A DNA stretch of 64,000 bases from the human T2T-CHM13v2.0 reference genome, Homo sapiens, in NCBI RefSeq assembly GCF_009914755.1, contig NC_060946.1, one strand, 5' to 3'. A program made the translations under genes and the position numbers. Below the pieces are notes generated by a model. The model did no database searches, had not been told where the DNA came from, and saw only the letters and a program-made list of their open reading frames with translations. Positions 1 to 15,000 of the stretch are shown here, one piece after another. The stretch's first letter is position 1. Each line of letters opens with the position of its first letter.

Positions 1-3000
1 TAGTGATCATCCAGGTGATGGGGCTTTTTTCTAGGCTCTGCCTAAGGGGGCATTGTGACATATTTTTTCATTGATCACCCAGGTGGCGAACTCTTCTCTC
101 AGATCTGCCTATGGGGGCATTGTGAGAAATCTCTGCACTGATCACCCAGGTGATGTAACTGTTGTGTAACCTCTGCCTACAGGGGAATTGTGAGAGATCT
201 CGTCACTGATTACCCAAGTGATGTAACCGTTGTCTAGGCTTTGCGTACAGGGGGCTTTGTGACATACCTTTGCACTGATCACCCAGGTGATGTAACACAT
301 CTAAGTTCGGCCTAAAGGAGCTTTGTGACATATCTCTGCACTGATCACTTAGGTGATGTAACACTTTATAATCACTGCCTACAGGGAATTTGACAAATCT
401 CTGCACTGATCACCTAGGAGATGTAACTCTTGTCTACCCTCTGTCCAACGGGGCATTGTGAAATATCTCTGCACTGATCGCCCAGGTGATTCAACTCTTG
501 ACTAGGAACTGCCTACAGAGGTTATTGTGAAATATCTCTGCACTGATAAACTAAGTGGTGTAACACTTGTCCAAGCTCTGCCTACAGGGGCGTTTCCACA
601 TATCCCTGAACTGATGACAGAGGTGATGTAACTCTTGCCTAGGCTTTGCCTACAGGGAATATTGGATATATAGCTGCACTGATCACCCAGGTGATGCAAC
701 TCTTGCCTAGGTTTGCCTACAGGGGACATTGTGACATATCTCTTCAATGATCACTCATGTGATGCAACTCTTGCCTAGGCTTTGCCTACCGGGGTCATTG
801 TGACATATCTCTGCACTGATCTCCCAGGTGCTGTAACTTTAGTCTAGGCTCTGTCTACACGGCATTGTGACATATCACTGCACTGATCAACCAGGTGCTA
901 TAACTCTTGTATAGGCTCTGCCTACAGGGGGATTGTGACCTACCTCTGCACTGATCACCCAGGTGATATAACTCTTCTCTAGGATCTGCCTACAGGGTAC
1001 TTTGTGACATATCCCTGCACTGATCACCCAGGTGATCTAACTCTGCTCTAAGCTCTGCCTAAAGGGGCATTGTGACAGATCTCTTCACTGATCACTTACG
1101 TGATATAAGTATTTTCTAGGCTCTGCTTCAAGGGTCCTTGTCACATATCTCTGCACTGATCACCCAGGTGATGTAACTCTTGTCTAGGCTCTGCTTCCAG
1201 GGCATATTGTGACATATCTATGCACTGATCACCTTAGTGATGTAACACTTTGGTAGGCTCGGCCTACAGGGGAATCTTGACATATCTCTGCACTGTTAAC
1301 CGAGGTGATTTAACTCTTGTCTAGGCTGTGCCCACAGGGGGATTGAGACATATCTCTGCACTGATCCCGAAGTGATACAACTCTTGCCTGGTCTCTGCCT
1401 ACTGTGGACATTGTGACATATCTCTGCACTGATCTCCCAGGTGCTGTAATTTTAGTCTAGGCTCTGGCTACGGCAGTGTGACATATCACTGCACTGATCA
1501 CCCAGGCGATATAACTCTTCTCTAGGATCTGACCACAGGGTGCTTTGTGACATATCCCTGCAATGATCACCCAGGTGATATACCACTTGCCAAGGCTCTG
1601 CCTACAGGGGCATTGCAATGTATCTCTGCACTGATCACCTAGGTCTTGTAGCTATTTTCTAGGATCTGCCTACAGTGTGCTTTGTGACGTGTCCCAGCAA
1701 GGATTACCCAGGTGATGTACCTCTCATCAAGGCTCTGCCTACAGGCACATTGTGATGTATCTCTGCACTGATCACCTAGGTCATGTAAATTTTGTCTAGG
1801 CTCTACCTACGTTGGCATTGTGACATATCTCTGCACTAATCATCCAAGTGATGTAACTCTTGTCTAGGATGTGCCTAAATTAACTTTTTGACATAACCCT
1901 GTACTGATCCTACAGGTGATGGAGCTTTTGTCTAGGCTCTGCCTAAGGGAGCATTGTGACATATTTCTGCATTGATCACCCAGGTGGCGAACTCTTCTCT
2001 CGGATCTGCCTATGGGGGCATTGTGAGAAATCTCTGCACTGATCACCCAGGTGATGTAACTGTTGTGTAACCTCTGCCTACAGGGGAATTGTGAGAGATC
2101 TCGCCACTGATTACCCAAGTGATGTAACCGTTGTCTAGGCTTTGCGTACAGGGGGCTTTGTGACATACCTTTGCACTGATCACCCAGGTGATGTAACACA
2201 TCTAAGTTAGGCCTACAGGAGCTTTGTGAAATATCTCTGCACTGATCACTTAGGTGATGTAACACTTTTATAATCACTGCCTACAGGGAATTTTGACAAA
2301 TCTCTGCACTGATCACCTAGGTGATGTAACTCTTGTCTACCCTCTGTCCAACGGAGCATTGTGAAATATCTCTGCACTGATCGCCCAGGTGATTCAACTC
2401 TTGACTTGGAACTGCCTACAGAGCTTATTGTGAAATATCTCTGTACTGATAAACTAGGTGGTGTAACCCTTGTCCAAGCTCTGCCTACAGGGGCGTTTCC
2501 ACATATCCCTGAACTGATGACAGAGGTGATGTAACCCTTGCCTAGGCTTTGCCTACAGGGAACATTGTGACATATCTCTTCAATGATCACTCATGTGATG
2601 CATCTCTTGCCTAGGCTTTGCCTACAGGGGACATTGTGACATATCTCTGCACTGATCTCCCAGTTGCTGAAACTTTAATCTAGGCTCTGGCTACACGGCA
2701 TTGTGACATATCACTGCACTGATCAACCAGGTGATATAACTCTGGTATATGCTCTGCCTACAGGGGGATTGTGAGCTACCTCTGCACTGATCACCCAGGT
2801 GATATAACTCTTCTCTAGGATCTGCCTACAGGGTACTTTGTGACATATCCCTGCACTGATCACCCAGGTGATCTAACTCTGCTCTAAGCTCTGCCTAAAG
2901 GGGCATTGTGACAGATCTCTGCATTGATCACTTAGGTGATGTAAGTATTTTCTAGGCTCTGCTTCAAGGGGCCTTGTCACATATCTCTGCACTGATCACC

Positions 3001-6000
3001 CTGGTGATGTAACTCTTGTCTAGGCTCGGCTTCCAGGGCATATTGTGACATATCTATGCACTGATCACCTTAGTGATGTAACACTTTGGTAGGCTCGGCC
3101 TACAGGGGAATCTTGACATATTTCTGCACTGTTAACCGAGGTGATTTAACTCTTGTCTAGGCTGTGCCCACAGGGGGATTGAGACATATCTCTGCACTGA
3201 TCCCGAGGTGATACAACTCTTGCCTGGTCTCTGCCTATTGTGGACATTGGGACATATCTCTGCACTGATCTCCCAGGTGCTGTAACTTTAGTCTAGGCTC
3301 TGGCTATACGGCATTGTGACATATCACTGCACTGATCACCCAGGCGATACAACTCTTGTCTAGGCTCTGCCTACAATGGTCTTGTGACATATCTCTGCAC
3401 TGATCACCCAGGTGATACAACTCTTCTCTAGGATCTGACCACAGGGTGCTTTGTGACATATCCCTGCAATGATCACCCAGGTGATATACCGCTTACCAAG
3501 GCTGTGTCTACAGGGGCATTGCAATGTATCTCTGCACTGATCACCTAGGTCTTGTAGCTATTTTCTAGGATCTGCCTACAGGGTGCTTTGTGACGTGTCC
3601 CAGCAAGGATTACCTAGGTGATTTACCTCTCTTCAAGGCTTTGCCTACAGGCACATTGCGATATATCTCTGCACTGATCACCTAGGTCATGTAACTTTTG
3701 TCAAGGCTCTACCTACGATGGCATGGTGACATGTCTCTGCACTAATCATCCAAGTGATGTAACTCTTGTTTAGCATGTGCCTAAATTAACTTTTTGACAT
3801 AACCCTGTACTGATCATCCAGGTGATGGGGCTTTTGTCTAGGCTCTGCCTAAGGGGGCATTGTGACATATTTCTGCATTGATCACCCAGGTGGCGAACTC
3901 TTCTCTCGGATCTTGCCTATGGGGGCATTGTGAGAAATCTCTGCACTGATCACCCAGGTGATGTAACTGTTGTGTAATCTCTGCCTACAGGGGAAATGTG
4001 AGAGATCTCGCCACTGATTACCCAAGTGATGTAACCATTGTCTAGGCTTTGCGTACAGGGGGCTTTGTGACATTCCTTTGTACTCATCACCCAGGTGATG
4101 TAACACATCTAAGTTCGGCCTAAAGGAGCTTTGTGACATATCTCTGCAGTGATCACTTACGTGATGTTACACTTAATAATCACCGCCTACAGGGAATTTT
4201 GACAAATCTCTGCACTGATCACCTAGGTGATTTAACTCTTGTCTACCCTCTGTCCAACGGGGCATTGTGAAATATCTCTGCACTGATCACCCAGGTGATT
4301 CAACTCTTGACTAGGAACTGCCTACAGAGGTTATTGTGAAATATCTCTGCACTGATAGACTAGGTGGGGTAACCCTTGTCCAAGCTCTGCCTACAGGGGC
4401 GTTTCCACATATCCCTTAACTGATGACAAAGGTGATGTAACTCTTGCCTAGGCTTTGCCTACATGGGACATTGGACATATATCTGCACTGATCACCCAGG
4501 TGATGCAACTCTTGCCTAGGCTTTGCCTACAGGGGCATTGTGACATATCTCTTCAATGATCACTCATGTGATGCAACTCTTGCCTAGGCATTGCCTACGG
4601 GGAACATTGTGACATATCTCTGCACTGATCTCCCAGGTGCTGTAACTTTATTCTAGGCTCTGGCTACATGGCATTGTGACATATCACTGCACTGATCAAC
4701 CAGGTGATATAACTCTTATATAGGCTCTGCCTACAGGGGGATTGTGACCTACCTCTGCACTGATCACCCAGGTGATATAACTCTTCTCTAGGATCTGCCT
4801 ACAGGGTGCTTTGTGACATATACCTGCACTGATCACCCAGGTGATCTAACTCTGGTCTAAGCTCTGCCTAAAGGGGCATTGTGACAGATCTCTGCACTGA
4901 TCACTCAGGTGATGTAAGTATTGTCTAGGCTCTGCTTCAAGGGGCCTTGTCACATATCTCTGCACTGATCACCCAGGTGATGTAACTCTTGTCTGGGCTC
5001 TGCTTCCAGGGCATATTGTGACATATCTATGCACTGATCACCTTAGTGATGTAACACTTGTGTAGGCTCGGCCTAAAGGGGAATCTTGACATATCTCTGC
5101 TCTGTTAAACGAGGTGATTTAACTCTTGTCTAGGCTGTGCCCACAGGGGGATTGAGACATATGTCTGCACTGATCCCGAGGTGATCCAACTCTTTCCTGG
5201 TCTCTGCCTACTGGGGATATTGTGACATATCTCTGCACTGATCTCCCAGGTGCTGTAAATTTAGCCTAGGCTATGGCTACACGGCATTGTGACATATCAC
5301 TGCACTGATCACCCAGGCGATACACCTCTTGTCTAGGCTCTTTGTACATTGGCCTTGTGACATATCTCTGCACTGATCACCCAGGTGATATAAGTTTTCT
5401 CTAGGATCTGACCACAGGGTGCTTTGTGATATATCCCTGCAATGATCACCCAGGTGATATACCACTTGCCAAGGGTCTGCCTACAGGGGCATTGCAATGT
5501 ACCTCTGCACTGATCACCTAGGTCTTGTAGCTACTTTCTAGGATCTGCCTACAGGGTGCTTTGTGACGTGTCCCAGCAAGGATTACCCAGGTGATGTACC
5601 TCTCATCAAGGCTCTGCCTACAGGCACATTGCGATATAGCTCTGCACTGATCACCTAGTTCATGTAACTTTTGTCTAGGCTCTACCTACGATGGCATTGT
5701 GACATATCTCTGCACTAATCATGCAAGTGATGTAACACTTGTCTAGGATGTGCCTAAATTTACTTTTTGACATAACCCTGTACTGATCATCCAGGTGATG
5801 GGGCTTTTTTCTAGGCTCTGCCTAAGGGGGCATTGTGACATATTTCTGCATTGATCACCCAGGTGGCGAACTCTTCTCTCGAATCTGCCTATGGGAGCAT
5901 TGTGAGAAATCTCTGCAATGATCACCAAGGTGATGTAACTGTTGTGTAACCTCTGCCTACAGGGGTATTGTGAGAGATCTCGTCACTGATTACCCAAGTG

Positions 6001-9000
6001 ATGTAACCATTGTCTAGGTTTTGCGTACAGGGGGCTTTGTGACATACCTTTGCACTGATCACCCAGGTGATGTAACACATCTAAGTTCGGCCTAAAGGAG
6101 CTTTGTGACATATCTCTGCACTGATCACTTAGGTGATGTAACACTTTTATAATCACTGCCTACAGGGAATTTTGACAAATCTCTGCACTGATCACCTAGG
6201 TGATGTAACTCTTGTCTACCCTCTGTCCAACGGGTCATTGTGAAATATCTCTGCACTGATCACCCAGGTGATTCAACTCTTGACTAGGAACTGCCTACAG
6301 AGGTTATTGTGAAATATCTCGGCACTGATAAACTAGGTGGTGTAACCCTTGTCCAAGCTCTGCCTACAGGGGCGTTTCCACATATCCCTGAACTCATGAC
6401 AAAGGTGATGTAACCCTTGCCTAGGCTTTGCCTACAGGGGACATTGGACATATATCTGCACTGATCACCCAGGTGATGCAACTCTTTCCTAGGCTTTGCC
6501 TACAGGGGCATTGTGACATATCTCTTCAATGATCACTCATGTGATGCAACTCTTGCCTAGGCTTTGCCTATGGGGGACATTGTGACATATCTCTGCACTG
6601 ATCTCCCAGGTGCTGTAACTTTAATCTAGGCTCTGGCTACACGGCATTGTGACATATCACTGCGCTGATCAGCCAGGTGATATAACTCTTGTATAGGCTC
6701 TGCCTACAGGGGGATTGTGACCTACCGCGGCACTGATCAACCAGGTGATATAACTCTTCTCTAGGATCTGCCTACAGGGTGATTTGTGACATATCCCTGC
6801 AATGATCACCCAGGTGATATACCACTTGCCAAGGCTCTGCCTACAGGGGCATTGCAATGTACCTCTGCACTGATCACCTAGGTCTTTTAGCTATTTTCTA
6901 GGATCTGCCTACAGGGTGCTTTGTGACGTGACCCAGCAAGGATTACCCAGGTGATGTATCTCTCATCAAGGCTCTGCCTACAGGCACATTGCGATATAGC
7001 TCTGCACTGTTCACCTAGGTCATGTAACCTTTGTCTAGGATCTACCTACGATGGCATTGTGACATATCTCTGCACTAATCATCCAAGTGATGAAACACTT
7101 TTCTAGGATGTGCCTAAATTAACTTTTTGACATAACACTGTACTGATCATCCAGGTGATGGGGCTATTTTCTAGGCTCTGCCTAAGGGGGAATTGTGACA
7201 TATTTCTGCATTGATCACCCAGGTGGCGAACTCTTCTCTCGGATCTGCCTATGGGGACATTGTGAGAAATCTCTACACTGATCACCAAGGTGATGTAACT
7301 GTTGTGTAACCACTGCGTACAGGGGAATTGTGAGAGATCTCGTCACTGATTACCCAAGTGATGTAACCATTGTCTAGGCTTTGCGTACAGGAGGCTTTGT
7401 GACATACCTTTGCACTGATCACCCAGGTGATGTAACACATCTAAGTTCGGCCTAAAGGAGCTTTGTGACATATCTCTGCACTGATCACTTAGGTGATGTA
7501 ACACTTTTATAATCACTGCCTACAGGGAATTTTGACCAATCTCTGCACTGATCACCTAGGTGATGTAACTCTTGTCTACCCTCTGTCCAACGGGGCATTG
7601 TGAAACATCTCTGCCCTGATCACCCAGGTGATTCAACTCTTCACTAGGATCTGCCTACAGAGGTTATTGTGAAATATCTCTGCACTGATAAACTAGGTGG
7701 TGTAACCCTTGTCCAAGCTCTGCCTACAGGGGCGTTTCCACATATCCCTGAACTGATGACAAAGGTGAAGTAACTCTTACCTAGGATTTGCCTACAGGGG
7801 ACATTGGACATATATCTGCACTGATCACCCAGGTGATGCAACTCTTGCCTAGGCTTTGCCTACAGGGGCATTGGGACATATCTCTTCAATGATCACTCAT
7901 GTGATGCAACTCTTGCCTAGGCTTTGCCAACGGGGGACATTGTGACATATCTCTGCACTGATCTCCCAGGTGCTGTAACTTTAATCTAGGCTCTGGCTAC
8001 ATGGCATTCTGACATATCACTGCACTGATCAACCAGGTGATATAACTCTTGTATAGGCTCTGCCTACAGGGGGATTGTTTCCTACCGCTGCACTGTTCAC
8101 CCAGGTGATATAACTCTTCTCTAGGATATGCCTACAGGGTGCTTTGTGACATATCCCTGCACTGATCACCCAGGTGATCTAACTCTGGTCTAAGCTCTGC
8201 CTAAAGGGGCATTGTGACAGATCTCTGCACTGATCACTCAGGTGATGTAACTATTGTCTAGGCTCTGCTTAAAGGGGCCTTGTCACATATCTCTGCACTG
8301 ATCACCCAGGTAATGTAACTCTTGTCTAGGCTCTTCTTCCAGGGCATATTGTGACATATCTATGCACTGATCACCTTAGTGATGTAACACTTGTGTAGGC
8401 TCCGCCTACAGGGGAATCTTGACATATCTCTGCACTGTTAAACGAGGTGATTTAACTCTTGTCTAGGCTGTGCCACAGGGGGATTGAGACATATCTCTGC
8501 ACTGATCCCGAGGTGATACAACTCTTGCCTGCTCTCTGCCTACTGTGGACATTGTGACATATCTCTGCACTGATCTCCCTGGTGCTGTAACTTTAGTCTA
8601 GGCTCTGACTACACGGCATTGTGACATATCACTGCACTGATCACCCAGGCGATACAACTCTTGTCTAGGCTCTGCCTACAATGGTCTTGTGACATATCTC
8701 TGCACTGATCACCCAAGCGATATAACTCTTCTCTACGATGTGACCACAGGGTGCTTTGTGAGATATCCCTGCAATGAACACCCAGGTGATATACCACTTG
8801 CCAAGGCTCTGCCTACAGGGGCATTGCAATGTACCTCTGCACTGATCACCTAGGTCTTGTAGCTATTTTCTAGGATCTGCCTACAGGGTGCTTTGTGACG
8901 TGTCCCAGCAAGGATTACCCAGGTGATGTACCTCTCATCAAGGCTCTGCCTACAGGCACATTGCGATATATCTCTGCACTGATCACCTAGGTCATGTAAC

Positions 9001-12000
9001 TTTTGTCTAGCCTCTACCTACGATGGCATTGTGACATATCTCTGCACTAATCATCCAAGTGATGTAACACTTGTCTAGGATGTGCCTAAATTAACTTTTT
9101 GACATAACCCTGTACTGATCATCCAGGTGATGGGGCTTTTGTCTAGGCTCTGCCTAAGGGGGCATTGTGACATATTTCTGCATTGATCACCCAGGTGGCG
9201 AACTCTTCTCTCGGATCTGCCTATGGGGGCATTGTGAGAAATCTCTGCACTGATCACCAAGGTTATGTAACTGTTGTGTAACCTCTGCCTACAGGGGAAT
9301 TGTGAGAGATCTCGCCAATGATTACCTAAGTGATGTAACCATTGTCTAGGCTTTGCATACAGGGGGCTTTGTGACATTCCTTTGCACTGATCACCCAGGT
9401 GATGTAACACATCTAAGTTCGGCCTAAAGGAGCTTTGTGACATATCTCTGCACTGATCACTTAGGTGATGTAACACTTTTATAATCACTACCTACAGGGA
9501 ATTTTGACAAATCTCTGCACTGATCACCTAGGTGACGTAACTCTTGTCTACTCTCTGTCCAACGGGGCATTGTGAAATATCTCTGCACTGATCACCCAGG
9601 TGATTCAACTCTTGACTAGGAACTGCCTACAGAGGTTATTGTGAAATATCTCTGCACTGATAAACTAGGTGGTGTAACCCTTGTCCAAGCTGTGCCTACA
9701 GGGGCGTTTCCACATATCCCTGAACTGATGACAACGGTGATGTAACTCTTGCCTAGGCTTTGCCTACAGGGGACATTGGACATATATCTGCACTGATCAC
9801 CCAGGTGATGCAACTCTTGCCTAGGCTTTGTCTACAGGGGCACTGTGACATATCTCTTCAATGATCAATCATGTGATGCAACTCTTGCCTAGGCTTTGCC
9901 TACAGGGGACATTGTGACATATCTCTGCACTGATCTCCCAGGTGCTGTAACTTTAGTCTAGGCTCTGGCTACACGGCATTGTGACATATCACCGCACTGA
10001 TCAGCCAGGTGATATAACTCTTGTACAGGCTCTGCCTACAGGGGGATTGTGACCTACCGCGGCACTGATCACCCAGGTGATATAACTCTTCTCTAGGATC
10101 TGCCTACAGGGTACTTTGTGACATATCCCTGCACTGATCACCCAGGTGATCTATCTCTAGTCTAAGCTCTGCCTAAAGGGGCATTGTGACAGATCTCTGC
10201 ACTGATCACTCAGGTGATGTAAGTATTGTCTAGGCTCTGCTTCAAGGGGCCTTGTCACATATCTCTGCACTGATCACCCAGGTGATGTAACTCTTGTCTA
10301 GGCTCTGCTTCCAGGGCATATTGCGACATATCTATGCACTGATCACCTTAGTGATGTAACACTTTGTTAGGCTCGGCCTACAGGGGAATCTTGACATATC
10401 TCTGCACTGTTAACCGAGGTGATTTAACTCTTGTCTAGGCTGTGCCCACAGGGGGATTGAGACATATCTCTGCACTGATCCCGAGGTGATACAACTCTTG
10501 ACTGGTCTCTGCCTGCTGTGGACATTGTGACATATCTCTGCACTGATCTCCCAGGTGCTGTAACTTTAGTCTAGGCTCTGGCTACACGGCATTGTGAAAT
10601 ATCACTGCACTGATCAACCAGGTGATATAACTCTTGTATAGGCTCTGCCTACAGGGGGATTGTGACCTACCTCTACACTGATCACCCAGGTGATATAACT
10701 CTTCTCTAGGATCTGCCTACAGGGTACTTTTTGACATATCCCTTCACTGATCACCCAGGAGATCTAACTCTGGTCTAAGCTCTGCCTAAAGGAGCATTGT
10801 GACAGATCTCTGCACTGATCACTCAGGTGATGTAAGTATTGTCTAGGCTCTGCTTCAAGGGGCCTTGTCACATATCGCTGCACAGATCACCAAGGTGATG
10901 TAACTCTTGTCTAGGCTGTGCTTCCAGGGCATATTGTGACATATCTATGCACTGATCACCTAGGTGATGTAACACATCTAAGTTCGGCCTAAAGGAGCTT
11001 TGTGACATATCTCTGCACTGATCACTTATTTGATGTAACACTTTTATAATCACTGCCTACAGGGAATTTTGACATATCACTGCACTGATCAGCCAGGTGA
11101 TATAACTCTTGTACAGGCTTTGCCTACAGGGGGATTGTGACCTACCGCGGCACTGATCACCCAGGTGATATAACTCTTCTCTAGGATCTGCCTACAGGGT
11201 ACTTTGTGACATATCCCTGCACTGATCACCTAGGTGATCTATCTCTGGTCTAAGCTCTTCCTTAAGGGGCATTGTGACAGATCTCTGCATTGATCACTCA
11301 GGTGATGTAAGTATTGTCTAGGCTCTGCTTCAAGGGGCCTTGACACATATCTCTGCAATGATCACCCTGGTGATGTAACTCTTGTCTAGGCTCTGCTTCC
11401 AGGGCATATTGTGACATATCTATGCACTGATCACCTTAGTGATGTAACACTTGTGTAGGCTCGGCCTACAGGGGAATCTTGACATATCTCTGCACTGTTA
11501 AACGAGGTGATTTAACTCTTGTCTAGGCTGTGCCCACAGGGGAATTGAGACATATCTCTGCACTGATCCCGAGGTGATCCAACTCTTGCCTGGTCTCTGC
11601 CTACTGGAGACATTGTGACATATCTCTGCACTGATCTCCCAGGTGCTGTAAATTTAGTCTAGGCTCTGGCTACACGGCATTGTGACATATCACGGCACTG
11701 ATCACCCAGGCGATACAACTCTTGTCTAGGGTCTTTGTACATTGGCCTTGTGACATATCTCTGCACTGATCACCCAGGTGGTATAAGTTTTCCCTAGGAT
11801 CTGACCACAGGGTGCTTTGTGACATATCCGTGCAATGATCACCCAGGTGATATACCACTTGCCAAGGCTCTGCCTACAGGGGCATTGAAATGTACCTCTG
11901 CACTGATCACCTAGGTCTTGTAGCTATTTTCTAGGATCTGCCTACAGGGTGCTTTGTGACGTGTCCCAGCAAGGATTACCCAGGTGATGTACCTCTCATC

Positions 12001-15000
12001 AAGGCTCTGCCTACAGGCACATTGCGATATAGCTCTGCACTGATCACCTAGGTCATGTAATTTTGTCTAGGCTCTACCTACGATGACATTGTGACATATC
12101 TCTGCACTAATCATCCAATTGATGTAACACTTGTCTAGGATGTGCCTAAATTAACTTTTTGACATAACCCTGTACTGATCATCCAGGTGATGGAGCTTTT
12201 TTCTAGGCTCTGCCTAAGGGGGCATTGTGACATATTTCTGCATTGATCACCCAGGTGGCGAACTCTTCTCTCGGATCTGCCTATGGGAGCATTGTGAGAA
12301 ATCTCTGCAATGATCACCAAGGTGATGTAACTGTTGTGTAACCTCTGCCTACAGGGGAATTGTGAGAGATCTCGTCACTGATTACCCAAGTGATGTAACC
12401 ATTGTCTAGGTTTTGCGTACAGGGGGCTTTGTGACATACCTTTGCACTGATCACCCAGGTGATGTAACACATCTAAGTTCGGCCTAAAGGAGCTTTGTGA
12501 CATATCTCTGCACTGATCACTTAGGTGATGTAACACTTTTATAATCACTGCCTACAGGGAATTTTGACAAATCTCTGCACTGATCACCTAGGTGATGTAA
12601 CTCTTGTCTACCCTCTGTCCAACGGGTCATTGTGAAATGTCTCTGCACTGATCACCCAGGTGATTCAACTCTTGACTGGGAACTGCCTACAGAGGTTATT
12701 GTGAAATATCTCGGCACTGATAAACTAGGTGGTGTAACCCTTGTCCAAGCTCTGCCTACAGGGGCGTTTCCACATATCCCTGAACTCATGACAAAGGTGA
12801 TGTAACTCTTGCCTAGGCTTTGCCTACAGGGGACATTGGATATATATCTGCACTGATCACCCAGGTGATGCAACTCTTGCCTAGGCTTTGCCTACAGGGT
12901 CATTGTGACATATCTCTTCAATGATCACTCATGTGATGCAACTCTTTCCTAGGCTTTGCCTACGGGCGACATTGTGACATATCTCTGCACTGATCTCCCA
13001 GGTGCTGTAACTTTAATCTAGGCTCTAGCTACACGGCATTGTGACATATCACGGCACTGATCAGCCAGGTGATATAACTCTTGTATAGGCTCTGCCTACA
13101 GGGGGATTGTGACCTACCGCGGCACTGATCACCCAGGTGATATAACTCTTCTCTAGGATCTGCCTACAGGGTGATTTGTGACATATCCCTGCAATGATCA
13201 CCCAGGTGATATACCACTTGCCAAGGCTCTGCCTACAGGGGCATTGCAATGTACCTCTGCACTGATCACCTAGGTCTTTTAGCTATTTTCTAGGATCTGC
13301 CTACAGGGTGTTTTGTGACGTGTCCCAGCAAGGATTACCCAGGTGATGTACCTCTCAACAAGGCTCTGCCTACAGGCACATTGCGGTATAGCTCTGCACT
13401 GATCACCTAGGTCATGTAATTTTGTCTAGGCTCTACCTACGATGACATTGTGACATATCTCTGCACTAATCATCCAATTGATGTAACACTTGTCTAGGAT
13501 GTGCCTAAATTAACTTTTTGACATAACCCTGTACTGATCATCCAGGTGATGGAGCTTTTTTCTAGGCTCTGCCTAAGGGGGCATTGTGACATATTTCTGC
13601 ATTGATCACCCAGGTGGCGAACTCTTCTCTCGGATCTGCCTATGGGAGCATTGTGAGAAATCTCTGCAATGATCACCAAGGTGATGTAACTGTTGTGTAA
13701 CCTCTGCCTACAGGGGAATTGTGAGAGATCTCGTCACTGATTACCCAAGTGATGTAACCATTGTCTAGGTTTTGCGTACAGGGGGCTTTGTGACATACCT
13801 TTGCACTGATCACCCAGGTGATGTAACACATCTAAGTTCGGCCTAAAAGAGCTTTGTGACATATCTCTGCACTGATCACTTAGGTGATGTAACACTTTTA
13901 TAATCACTGCCTACAGGGAATTTTGACAAATCTCTGCACTGATCACCTAGGTGATGTAACTCTTGTCTACCCTCTGTCCAACGGGTCATTGTGAAATATC
14001 TCTGCACTGATCACCCAGGTGATTCAACTCTTGACTGGGAACTGCCTACAGAGGTTATTGTGAAATATCTCGGCACTGATAAACTAGGTGGTGTAACCCT
14101 TGTCCAAGCTCTGCCTACAGGGGCGTTTCCACATATCCCTGAACTCATGACAAAGGTGATGTAACTCTTGCCTAGGCTTTGCCTACAGGGGACATTGGAT
14201 ATATATCTGCACTGATCACCCAGGTGATGCAACTCTTGCCTAGGCTTTGCCTACAGGGTCATTGTGACATATCTCTTCAATGATCACTCATGTGATGCAA
14301 CTCTTTCCTAGGCTTTGCCTACGGGCGACATTGTGACATATCTCTGCACTGATCTCCCAGGTGCTGTAACTTTAATCTAGGCTCTAGCTACACGGCATTG
14401 TGACATATCACGGCACTGATCAGCCAGGTGATATAACTCTTGTATAGGCTCTGCCTACAGGGGGATTGTGACCTACCGCGGCACTGATCACCCAGGTGAT
14501 ATAACTCTTCTCTAGGATCTGCCTACAGGGTGATTTGTGACATATCCCTGCAATGATCACCCAGGTGATATACCACTTGCCAAGGCTCTGCCTACAGGGG
14601 CATTGCAATGTACCTCTGCACTGATCACCTAGGTCTTTTAGCTATTTTCTAGGATCTGCCTACAGGGTGTTTTGTGACGTGTCCCAGCAAGGATTACCCA
14701 GGTGATGTACCTCTCAACAAGGCTCTGCCTACAGGCACATTGCGATATAGCTCTGCACTGATCACCTACGTCATGTAACCTTTGTCTAGGCTCTACCTAC
14801 GATGGCATTGTGACATATCTCTGCACTAATCATCCAAGTGATGTAACTGTTGTTTAGGATGTGCCTAAATTATCTTTTTTACATAACCCTGTACTCATCA
14901 TCCAGGTGATGGGGCTTTTGTCTAGGCTCTGCCTAAGGGGGCATTGTGACAGATTTCTGCATTGATCACCCAGGTGGCGAACTCTTCTCTCGGATCTGCC

